Part shown: positions 38,666 to 49,740 of the stretch, piece by piece
How positions within the stretch are numbered: position 1 is the first letter of the stretch
How the letters are laid out: every line of letters begins with the position of its first letter
Translations under genes and position numbers: made by a program
Notes under the pieces: model-generated
Told to the model about the DNA's origin: nothing
Database searches by the model: none
Seen by the model: the letters and a program-made list of their open reading frames with translations, nothing else
Assembly: GCA_051294905.1 (NCBI GenBank)
Contig: CM119383.1
Location: forward strand, 9,920,001 to 9,984,000
DNA: 64,000 nucleotides
Direction of reading: 5' to 3'
Origin: Botryllus schlosseri
Lineage: Eukaryota

Positions 38666-39024
38666 GTCTACACTATTTCCTGGTTTTGTGTCCTGCACTG
38701 AGATTTAGCTGAATCAAAATACATTTAAAAAATGTGTGCAATGCCAAACAGTGTAATGGAAGAAAAAATGACGTGGATGGTCCTATTTATGCCAGTTGAC
38801 TAATTAATTGACAAACTGATTTCTTACGAGAATTATTGAGCTTTATAATGCAGGTCAATCACATAAGTTTTTGTGACACTAAATGTGAGATCTTTACCTA
38901 GATTTTGTTTGTTTGTAGCTTTGAGCTTAAATCCTGTCACTGAATTACATATATTTTTCAAGTCGACCTACCGCTTCACACATTTCCCAAGTACTGTTGT
39001 CTGCATTACTTTCCTACTTTTTAT

Positions 39025-40409
39025 CAGTGTTGGGATGACTCGAGTCATGACTTGACTCGAGTCAGACTCGAGTCACCTTTTTCGCATGACTTGACTTGAC
39101 TCGAGTCACTTTGCAAAAATGACTTGACTTGACTTGACTCGACGCTTCAGAAATGCAGATTGACTCGTGACTCGAAGCAAAATTTACGAGTCAATTTCAA
39201 GTCATCAAGTAATCGATGTCGACTAAATCGCCGTATCTTGTATAAGTTTGGATTTTTATCCGATCACTCAATGATTGTGCCTTTTACCGAGCCTCCATTG
39301 TTACATCACCAATGAATAGATCGTTAACGCAGTGATCGGAGCTTATAGCTTACGTTGTCGTAAACTTGCTCACCTCAACCAACCCTCTTGTGTGCTTTAA
39401 ATCGAACGGATATCGTCCATACGTTTGTAATGGTAGGTATGCCATAAATATATATGTGGGTAGGGTACTATTGCTCCATATCATTTTTTGAACTTTCTGA
39501 TGTTTCATATGTTATCCTATATTTTGGCCGATAATTATAGATCAGCGGTGGGCAGAGCGGCTTCACGTGCGAGTCGCATATCAAAAATCGTTGCCTTAAA
39601 AGAGTCACAACCCAAAAATTGATAGGTATATACTAATTTATTCCGTCACGAGGAAATGTAGGGTATCGAATGAAGTATATTATTGAGTGGTATAATACGA
39701 TGCGTCTCCGCCTTGGCGGAAGGTGTTTGCAATCGGGCTGATAAGACGTCTAACAGTCCGGAGCTCGGTAATCATAATACTTCGTAAATAAGTCTTTATT
39801 GGGTAACTCGTGGCAATTAGGGTTTTGGTGTTTGGTTTCGTAATGCCGTTTCAATTCTAGTTATGTGATTATTGGGCGAATATTGACGGAAAAGGCACAG
39901 TGGCTTACGTTCATTATCACCGAATGCACATTGCACACTCGTTGAACAGCCGCAATCAAAGGCTCAAAGAGTAGCATGCGGCTCGCGAGTCGCAGTTTTC
40001 CACCCCTGTTATAGAATGAGGCTATACTGCTATACTTGCGTAGTTTGACAGTTCTACGTATGTATGAGCGATAAGCGCCTTCTTGCGTGTACATTGTATT
40101 ATCAACTCTTGATTCGTTCTTCAATTCAGATTAAATGGGGACTCCATCTGTATTTAAAACAGTTAGCATGATGTAATGACTTTGAATCATGTCTTGTACT
40201 TTGAAAATTCAACTTGACTCGAATAGTGACTTGACTCGTGACTTGACTTGACTTGACTCGACTTGACTCGAGTCATCTCCAAAAATCGAGTGACTTGACT
40301 TGACTCGAGTCACCTTTAAAAATCGAGTGACTTGACTTGACTCGAGTCAAAATCTGCAATGACTCGAGATGACTCGTGACTCGAAGGTAGTGACTTGATC
40401 CCAACACTG
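39025..40409. mobile_element. hAT non-autonomous element with GACTCGAGTC/GACTT subterminal arrays
   Basis: TIRs CAGTGTTGGGAT / ATCCCAACACTG; perfect 8-bp TSD CTTTTTAT. Confidence 0.93.
39543..40008. mobile_element. Charlie-type MITE nested in 39025-40409
   Basis: Ends CAGCGGTGGGCA / TTCCACCCCTG; TSD ttatagat / ttatagaa (7/8). Confidence 0.8.
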
Positions 40410-40985
40410 CTTTTTATACTCCCCTGAACGCTAGGGATATCTGGATAGTGTGACGTCAAGTTCGTAAAATAGAAATAAGACTAACTGGTTTGTGAGTTAT
40501 AAGCCATCACTACATTACTGTTTCATTCGACTGCTGTGTACTGCATCGTGGAGAAAGTATTCGTGATACATGATACAATAAGAGTTGTATTTTCATGCGC
40601 ACAACAGATCTTATAAGCTGGTCCGTTAGCATACCGTGACTAGCCTGTACGACCAAATTGGATCTTCTAGATAACATATTTTGGAACGTAATGATTGTAG
40701 TGGCATAGGCTGCTTGGTCGTAGCACCACGTTGATGAATGAACCTCCGAGCGTTTCAATTTCCTTCGCATTTTGTAACCAAACAATATTAGGTTTATTTA
40801 GGAAGCAGCTATCATTAACAGAGTTCGGGATGGTAGGATCAATATAGTGGGCATACTTCTTCTACAGGCAACGTAACTCAGATCCTGTATTTGCAGTCAA
40901 AAGATATATACGTCACACTGCGTCTACTACACATAATATTTAACAGGTATAAATTTGCTTTGACGGGTACAATTGCTATACTGCA

Positions 40986-42212
40986 TCAAACTTTTGTAGT
41001 GGAGATTAGAGAAGTAGATGACAAAGCAGGGGCGAGAGTGGAATTGTTCACTTGCCCCCCACCAGACAGATCAATAGATTCAAAGAAATAAAGCCTAAAA
41101 CTAAGGGAGAATGCCACATGGGCTAAAATCACAAAAGCGAGAATGATCAATCTGGATTTTTTCGACCCATCACGCATTAGCGGCCACAGACTGATGGCCA
41201 CAACTGCGCCAGACAAAGCAGCAGCTACAATCACAAGGATCCAATCGACGGTACCGCTCGGAATCAGAAGAAGGAAAGATATGGGGATGTATACAAATAA
41301 AGAGTATCCGTAGAGGCAAACGATATCTAAATACCCAGACGACGATTCAAGTTTAGCAAAGAAAAAAGCACCTCTAACAAGCAGCGGCATGAAAAAGGCG
41401 TAACTATACACGATCGTAACAGCGATTACAAGTCTATGAAACTCTGGAGAGTAATGGTAGTCAGGGTCATCCAAGTGATTGAATAATTTTGTCAAGTTGC
41501 CGCATATTCCTATAGTTATGACGAGAGTTGCACATATCCAGAAGGGTCCGTACAAATCAGGATGACCACCGATATAATTTCTTGTGAACTCGGCATTCGG
41601 TTTCGGCAGCAATGAACCTTTGACGCGACTCAACACGACATACGAGTCCACGTTGAACAGCTCCTTGTAAAATTCGAACTTCCAAACAGACGGTGACTTC
41701 TTCTCCAGCAGGCCCGAAGAATCGCTGGTATCTGGCTCTTCCTCATCTACGGCGGATATTGGAAAATTTGAGAATGTGTGGGTTTTTCCGTCATCATTCT
41801 CTTGTTCGATGTCGACGCGAACTGAAATTTCGAGCAAATACGGTCATCATTGGATTGAGCTCATCATGTAGTGTGATGAATTGCTTTGACCCCATTAAGG
41901 CATTCAAAGAAAGCATGAATACAGAATATCCACAATTATTTGCATATCATGAGATTTCTATTTGACTATTTCACATTGCAGGATAGCAATTCATAGTTTT
42001 TCGATACAAAACACCTCTCCGTGGACCAACTTATATGCTTAGCTGAAGCAGACGCTTCGAAAGATTTATTTGTATATGAAAGATTCCACAAATCCAAGCA
42101 CAAGTCATGCTATCGTGGCTGGCATGACTACTAACGTACCTTCATTGTGGCCTTGGTCTGTTTTTGCAGGTTTATCCCAAATATTGAACTCATCAGAGTC
42201 GTTTGACGCCAT
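40986..42212 (-). CDS. YIPF1: Yip1-domain family member 1/2 (Golgi membrane protein)
   Basis: Exon 42212-42140 (MASNDSDEFNIWD..) splices in phase 1 to 41821-40986 (TGA). Family motifs WKFEFYKELFNVD..RVKGSLLP, PDLYGPFWICATLV and CLYGYSLFVYIPIS, with multiple TM segments. Confidence 0.92.
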
Positions 42213-42296
42213 GTCTGGAACAACGTACTATCCGATGACTAAGTGATCCTCATATAAAATTGAGAATAACGACAATAACAATGCAACAAGAGTTAA

Positions 42297-43280
42297 CCCC
42301 TTTGAAATCGGGTCAGTTTTCGCGAAACTGACCATCACTTTTCAAATTCATACCGTGACCTCAGCAAGACTCAAATATGGGTTGTTTCAGTTTAAAAGTG
42401 GGCGGACTATATCCCTCTGCCGTTTTCGCCTTCGATCGACACCCCAAGACATGTCTAGGGTTTTTTACAAGACTAAACAAACGAACTTTTTTTCTGAAAA
42501 ATCTCTTTCTCTCTTTCATTTTTCAATACCGACCCCCAGGATGGCGTCAGAGAGTTAAAAATGATGCATCAGTGCGTAGCCACCGTTGCCTGGTTTCGAA
42601 CAAGCCGTCAACCAAGGCCGTAAGCCGCGCGGATCGCCAGATATCAAAAAATCAAAAATATATAAAAATTTACATATGGGCGTGGTCAGTGAGTGGTCAT
42701 AATGGTCAAGTTCAAGATCAATACCGAATCGGATCCCTACCTCCCAGTTAATGGCATGAAACAACGTGGTATACTTTGTCCTGTCGTATCCAACCATTTG
42801 CAGGCATAGTTAACCAGTTTAGGACTCATATTCGGCCACGAACCAGTATTTTAACTTGACTATGTTCATGAAAATCACTGAAGCGTGACCGCAAGTAACA
42901 AACCCCCTCAGAATACACCCCGCAACAAGGTTAGATGTTTGAAACGGTGAAAAATCACACAGAATACCGTGCAAGTCTACTTATAATGTTCTGGCAGAAT
43001 TTCTGACTATATTTCCCACTCGGAAAATATCTGGAAATTTTGAGTGATAACCACTTTTTAGGCATGCGTATTTTCGGCCGAACTTCTCATGTAAGATCGT
43101 CGGTACTCGAAAATTGTCATGCCTTCTACCTGCGAATTAGGTATCATATATATCAGAAGATTGCTAGCTTTCTCTAAAAACCAAAATGAGGCCTCTAGGA
43201 CGTATAACAATGAAGATATGTCCAGCTGCAGTTGAGCGATGAAAGGACGCGGTGATATATAACCGCAGACTTCAAAAGGG
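42297..43280. mobile_element. piggyBac-type MITE (984 bp)
   Basis: TTAA on both sides (42293-42296, 43281-43284); ends CCCCTTTGAAATC / GACTTCAAAAGGG. Confidence 0.85.
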
Positions 43281-43564
43281 TTAAATATCAGTATCGGTTA
43301 TCGATGGTTTAGCTACAGCTGTAACGTCACAGACGTCAGCGACCCGTGACGAGAGCTATGCATATATCATGGAAAATTTCAGTATTCGGTGCCTCTATGA
43401 TCAATCAATCAGGTCTGTCAATATTTTCATCGTTTCAAAACATCACAAGACTGCGATACAATGAAGAGATAGGAAGGTGTCGAAACAACTTGGAGTAGCC
43501 TTTAAGATCAGACACCCACCTTAGCCTAGGCGAAGTAAATAAGAGGCATTGCACACTTAATGAA

Positions 43565-43912
43565 AAGTAATGGAGAGGGAAGGCAAGGACGTAGTTTATT
43601 TTTGTCCTTGATGTTTTTGCGGCATATACGCCGACTCATGATACACATACACACGATCTGCGCATATGCATACCATGACTGCATGATGTGCATGTGCATA
43701 TGCCGCTGGACAAGGAAGTGCAGATATAGCCTTTACGGCTTTCTAAGTCATGCACCACCCCTCCATGCTATCCCAGTAATGCATGAGCGCCAAGCAGGGA
43801 TAAGCCATGGATACCAGTGTTACTAATCAGGTCTTTGGTCTGACCGGGCCGGGCATTGAACCCACGACCTACCGATCAAGAAGCCGGACGTTTAACCATT
43901 ACGCTATCTTGT
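43565..43912 (-). mobile_element. Near full-length tRNA-derived SINE, central domain resembling MetaSINE
   Basis: On the minus strand: A box TAGCGTAATGG (43906-43896) and B box GGTTCAATGCC (43862-43852), then GTCAGACCAAAGAC..TGGTATCCATGGCTTATCCCTGCTTGGCGCTCATGCATTA. Further copies at 11074-11810, ~30520-30620 (tail only) and ~60810-61015. Confidence 0.82.
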
Positions 43913-44368
43913 CAGAGAATATAAGACGCAAGCGACAAAATGAGGTGGCATATGTGGGGAGGGCGAGGTCGGTGTTAGGTTACCATACGAGCATTTTCCC
44001 TTACCGCGCGAGCTGGCTTGCGCCGAGTCGTGAGCCTACAATGGAGTTTCAAATGTGATCATGATCAGCAAGTTAGCTAGGACGCGATCAGAGTAGCAAA
44101 GAACAGTACTTCGAATTTTTCGTAATCAAGTAAATTTTATCTACTTGCACTACTTACTCAAAAGGTTATGAATGATTTAAGACTAACTTCTCATTATACT
44201 CAACAGTTTTCCAATTCTTAGGCCAAATTATAGGCTTATTACCATATACTCCGTAATTGCTGTAGGTACACCCTCAAATTCGTAATCAGCACAACACCGC
44301 GATGGCCAAGTGTGTGGTTCGAAAAATAATGAAAACAATGCATGCCACAAAACGGGATTGATGCTTAT

Positions 44369-46892
44369 CAGGGCTTTGGAGCCGGAGCCCGGAGCCGTGC
44401 ATTTTTACCGAATCTGGAGCCGGAGCCGGAGCTCTACATAAAATTCAGCCGGATCTGGAGCCAGTTCTTTGAGGGGTAGCTCCAGCTCCGGCGTACTTTA
44501 TATGATGCTATTTTACATGCAACAACCATATCTGCTGAGTTCGCATACACTGTAATTCAATAGCAGTCCTTCGCGAAATTAAGAATATTTTCCTCTTTGG
44601 CGCTACCTTTTCCGACTGACCGCGTTCTTGGGGATTTAACTATAGATAACTAACCTACTACCTCCGTAGGTTAGTTATCTATAATTTAACAGCAGAGCAG
44701 TCATATGTTCAATGTTCAATTTTCATACATGAGTGCCGAACCTCGGTATGCGAAATATGCCTGTGAATATTGTGGGTATTCGGCATACCCGCAATTTCAT
44801 CATCAGCACAACCTTGTTGGCCAATTGTATACGGCTCGAAAATATTGATCACTATGTATTACGCGAAATGGGAGAGAGGATAAAAACGTGATTTCGTAGC
44901 ACATGTCGAATGTCGATATGACGAGCACGAGCCGAGAAATTTCATCTTATCGTTGCTATGAATCGGATGAGCAAATACTCGTTCTTTCGTGATAGTTCTT
45001 TAATCGGGCCGCGAAATTGGACAGTGTTATTGAGTATGCAATTATGCATGCTAATTGGAATTCATTACTGCGCAATGTGCATCATCGTCCTTCACTCCAG
45101 TATGGATTTTCGAGCGTAAATAGGAGATGGCAGATGAGTTGCCCAAAACCCCATGGTATTTTATGTTGGAGACAAATTACTGATTTAATACGCGCGGGAT
45201 CTACGATAACTTAAGTTATCGTAGGCCCCGATACGCGATTTCCCATTTGTAATCATCTGTTTCCTTAATTCATTCTTGATGTCTGCTTGATACTCTAGTA
45301 TTCCCGGATTATATCGCGCACTGTGACTTGAAAATGTACAATGTGCATTGTGCATACTGTATAGTTTAATTCGTTATGGGCATGGCACAGTGTTTAATTC
45401 GATTATTCGATTTATTTCAACTGGAACATATTATATTCATATAAACTTGATCGACACCGGATGGACTGGTAACGAGTGCACCAATATCGAACGTCAAACT
45501 ATAGAATGTTAACGTGGAATGGCACGACCGATTGTGCAGCTTCGTTCCGCTTCGCTGAAGCTTTACTCAGACTTATTTTACGACAGCTACTGTAGGATTT
45601 CTGGCAATCCAAAAGTTGTCTTCCAGAGCTCAGAATTTACTGAATGTGGTCTTGATCGAAAGCTACTGTTGCACATAGTCAAACCATTGGCCATTTGGTA
45701 CAAATCGAATTTCTATTGATCACGTCGTTATATCCGCCCATATTGCTCTTACTACAGTTACAGTTGAATAATAATCGCACATTAAAACATGGAATTGAGC
45801 TGTATGGCTTGATGTTAACGAGTACAGTGCAAGTGTTAAAACGCCGCATCAGAATTTTAATGCTGTACACAGCAATGGCACGGAGTAAAGTGCGTTCTAG
45901 TACAACCATGATGTTATCGACGATTGACAAGAGTTCATTATATCGTCACAAGCCGGTACGGCGGCACCTATGTCTTCGTTGCTGCATCCGATGTTACTGA
46001 CGGCCGACAGACTCTAGATTACTATAGAAAACTAACCTACGGGTAAATTAGTAATCTATATAGACCAGGGGTCGCCAAACTTTTCGGCTAAAGGGCCAGA
46101 TGAAATTGACGAACAAGTGGGCTGCCCAACACTAGCCGCGCCAGCCGCGTAAAATTTTCGAACGTAATATTATTATTTTGGGTATATTGCGGGTCGACTG
46201 TATACCACCCGCTGGGCTCAGTTTGCAAGGACAGGACATCTGGGCATATCGATATCGGAGATTTCCCCTAATATACGACAATCATTTTGTGCCTACATTT
46301 CATCGCCGACGATCTTTCTACGAGCGCAAACGCGAAAATACATTCTCTCGTAATTACGAATATAGTTAGACTCAATCGGCTAAATCAGGCGTTTTTTCAT
46401 TTTCAGGTGGGGGTAGGCTACAAAGAAAGAAATCGTGTGACAATTAAATACGCGAAGCGTGAAGAAAAATTTTACTACTATTTTAGTTTATTGTAATGTA
46501 CGACGATTTACTAAAAATGTGACTGGACCTTGGATCTGCCAATGCGTCGAAACTGATATTTTAGTCATCAACATCCCTCGTGTCGCGGCCAGACTAACCA
46601 TATTTTTGGTTGGCCTTAAAAGTTCACAGTCTGAGCAATTCAATTCCGATAACATGATGGGAAATTTACTCGCGGGCTATACTCAAAACCTTCTCGCGGG
46701 CCACATATGGCCCGCAGGCCGCGGTTTGCCCACCCCTGATATAGACAGACACCATCGATGGTTTTCAGAGCCAGAGCCGGAGCAGTGGTAATAATGCGGC
46801 TCCGCAGCTGGAGCCGGAGCTAATGTATGATAGAAGAAAGCTCCGGAGTCGGAGCTGGAGCAATGCAAATTTACGGCTGCTCCAAAGTCCCG
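44369..46892. mobile_element. hAT-like element with GGAGCC subterminal repeats, carrying nested insertions
   Basis: Ends CAGGGCTTTGGAGC / GCTCCAAAGTCCCG; perfect 8-bp TSD ATGCTTAT. Confidence 0.88.
46066..46738. mobile_element. Charlie-type MITE nested in 44369-46892
   Basis: Ends CAGGGGTCGCCAAAC / GTTTGCCCACCCCTG; perfect 8-bp TSD ATATAGAC. Confidence 0.92.
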
Positions 46893-46929
46893 ATGCTTAT
46901 GTCAGATGAGCAATATAACTAATTAATAT

Positions 46930-48234
46930 CAGAGGTGGTCAGTGACGAAGTACTTCTACTTTTTCGAAGTACTCAAGTAGTTTTCCTCTACTTCTCGTAC
47001 TTACTCAAGTGGATTTGATTTTCGCTACTTCTACTTCTACTTCGTAATATTTTGTGATCTACTTACTTCTTTTTCGCCATTTTCAGTTTGTCAAGTAGAA
47101 GTAGTTTAATCCTCCAATTAGTAAGATAGCCTGAGGAATTCCGGGGCTGTTTTCACGAAGTATCAACATTTAATTTTCATAAAAGTTGAGTAAAGCCCAG
47201 AATTTTCGTCGTGCTCCGCGCTCAGTGGATACGGAGTAGCCAGTATGACTCACGAAAGTATATAATATATAATTTATATAATATTGGTAGCGGGTTATCG
47301 TGGTTCCGTTCAGACCGCATTATCGCCGTTCGCCCATATGAAATATTTCATCACAGTATATATATGGCTCATTATAACGTTTGAAACTGATGTTTCGCAA
47401 TCTAGCATTTACTTATCATATCGTAATATCAGTCCATATTGTGTCATGATCTGGAAAAGTGGACTCTGACTTTTTTTTAAGTTCTAGAGCTGTTTTAGCA
47501 TACCACCTTTGAAACTTTCAGGACTATAGACACGAAATACATTTTCCGCTTTTAGAAGTAGTGATTATATTTCAATTTCAATTCCCAGTGTCATATAGAT
47601 TGAGTTCTAATTGATATCAGCTCTTTTGTCTGGGTAACATATGCATGTTGAAGTATAAAAGCAAGTGTAGTAATGCCTTTAATTTTCGGAAATTAAGCTT
47701 GTCAATATGGCATTTTTACGATCCACCATATTTTTTATTAACCTTTAATAATCGCGCAAAGTGTTTACACCGTATCCTATTCAACTTCTCCGTATTGCTC
47801 TTCGACTGAAATAGGGGCCTTACAATATGGGGAGTGCGACATACCATGATATTTTCTAAAAAGTGATGCTCAAGTAAACAGAGGATTAGTATAGCATTTC
47901 CATATCAATACTTTCATTTTCATCTCCTGATGCGGACGAATGCTTATGCTGTCGAAAATTGGATACCTCCTGGTATGCATCAATAAGAATGAAGCTCGAC
48001 ACCTTTCGCATACCTTAATTTGCAGCTTTTGACAATCCATGCGAACGAATTACGATCGTTTTCACAATTACTTACTTACTTAAGTAGATTTAAACTCAGC
48101 CAATACTACTTCTACTTCAAGTAGTTTTAGATTGCTTGTGGAAGAAGTACTTCTACTCGTACTTAAGTAGATTTTTTTCGTCGCTACTTCTACTTCTACT
48201 TGAGTAGCTTTCTTGACTACTTTGACCACCTCTG
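46930..48234. mobile_element. hAT non-autonomous element, TACTT-rich (reference copy of the most abundant family in the window)
   Basis: TIRs CAGAGGTGGTCA / TGACCACCTCTG; TSD attaatat / attagtat (7/8). A possible decayed dimerization motif (Y*CIPG..FSTA) lies on minus at ~47940-48010. Confidence 0.88.
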
Positions 48235-48280
48235 ATTAGTATTGAGACGAATGTATAAGCGACGCCATAGGATATAACCA

Positions 48281-48615
48281 CAGGGTTACCATACGTCCTG
48301 CTTTAGGAGGATTTGACATCCCTTTTCGGGTTTTTGAAAATGTCCTCCGAGGACGCCTAAATGTCCTCCTTTTTGGCAATTCGTCGTTTAGAGCTTTTAC
48401 AGCTAAAATAACAGATAGATTCTAGGGAAAATGGGTATTACCGCTAAATAGGAAGTTCGTGGCTCGATCGAAATGCGACAACCTTTTTTTAGTCCAAGAC
48501 ACCAACTTTTTGGGCATAAATACAACGAAATCGCCTGATTTTAGTTTTGAACAGCTAACTTTTCCGATTCGGTAAAAGTGTCCTCTTTTCCCGATTCCAA
48601 AACATGGTAACCCTA
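48281..48615 (+). mobile_element. Blackjack-like hAT MITE
   Basis: Ends CAGGGTTACCAT / ATGGTAACCCTA; homologous to 25554-25857; no TSD recovered. Confidence 0.75.
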
Positions 48616-48666
48616 TCTATGATAACTTCCCCTCTTAATCAGTTCAGTTTATTATTATTGCTATAG

Positions 48667-49065
48667 TAGGGTTACCATACTTTGGGAATCTCAAAAGGGG
48701 ACACTTTTTCAAAATTTTCAGACTTGCAATTCCGGAGGAAAATCCTAAATAAATGGTAAAATTTTCCCACTTCGTGGTCGGTTGACTACAAAAGAGGTCA
48801 ACTTTTCGGCTCAACTCCCAAAATGCAGTTTTTCTTTCACATTATCCGTTGGTTGACTAAAAACAGGTCAGCTTGCTGGCTCAGCTCCCAAAATATAGCC
48901 ATCGGAGCGTTACTTCAGTGGTATTTACTGTATCTCAGTCGAACTTTGCCCTATATTTAACAAAAATTCTCATAACATATGACAAAATCTCAAAAAAGTG
49001 GACATTTGGGCGTCCTCCGAGGACACTTTCTAAAAAGTCAAAAAAGAGGACGTATTGTAACCCTA
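48667..49065 (-). mobile_element. Blackjack-like hAT MITE, inverted relative to 48281-48615
   Basis: Ends TAGGGTTACCAT / ATTGTAACCCTA; TSD tgctatag / tgttatag (7/8). A third partial copy lies at ~49240-49320. Confidence 0.82.
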
Positions 49066-49471
49066 TGTTATAGTAGGCCTATATATGCATAAGTCTAGTC
49101 CTGTCTTCATCAAAGCTAATATCATCATCCCCGAGGTGATAGAAACATCCACCAAAGACAGCGATGTCGGTGTCGCATTAAGGTCACAATAAGTTATTTA
49201 ATTAACTCATCAAATTTTACAGCAAAATTAGCGAAATAGGCTGTTTTCAGTTTTGAACAACTAACTTCTGTTTGGTAAAAGTGTCTTCCTTTCCCGATTC
49301 CAAAATATGCTAAAACCCTATAGTTAATCGCACGTCTGTGCTTCCACAACCTGCGCGTAGCAATTGAAAAGTCGGATGTCTGAAGAAAAGGAACATTTCA
49401 CTGAAGAAGACAACCCAGTCTCGTGACTCTGATGACAATGGGCCACCGAACGAGTCGGACAGCATGTGAGC

Positions 49472-49740
49472 ATGGTGCACGATATCGATGATGATAATTT
49501 ACTCCACTGCTACCTCTGTTCAAATGTGTTCAATTCGCGTAGTTCGACGTCCTCCTTTCTGTTCATTACATCGCATTGTACATAGGGTGTCTTGTTCAGA
49601 CGTTCGTGTTCGACGATTATTATCAATTGTACTACGATAATTTATAAAGCCAGCAACGAAGACAAAGCTGTTAGGTCTCACTCTGACGGAGATCATTGTA
49701 TGAGAGACTGGCGTGAGCTGCCGCCGATAGTCTCAGGCAT
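49472..49740 (+). pseudogene. Possible decayed RING/TRIM-like gene fragment
   Basis: MVHDIDDDNLLHCYLCSNVFNS resembles the start of TRIM-type RING fingers, but the remaining Cys/His ligands are lost and there is an in-frame stop. Confidence 0.3.
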
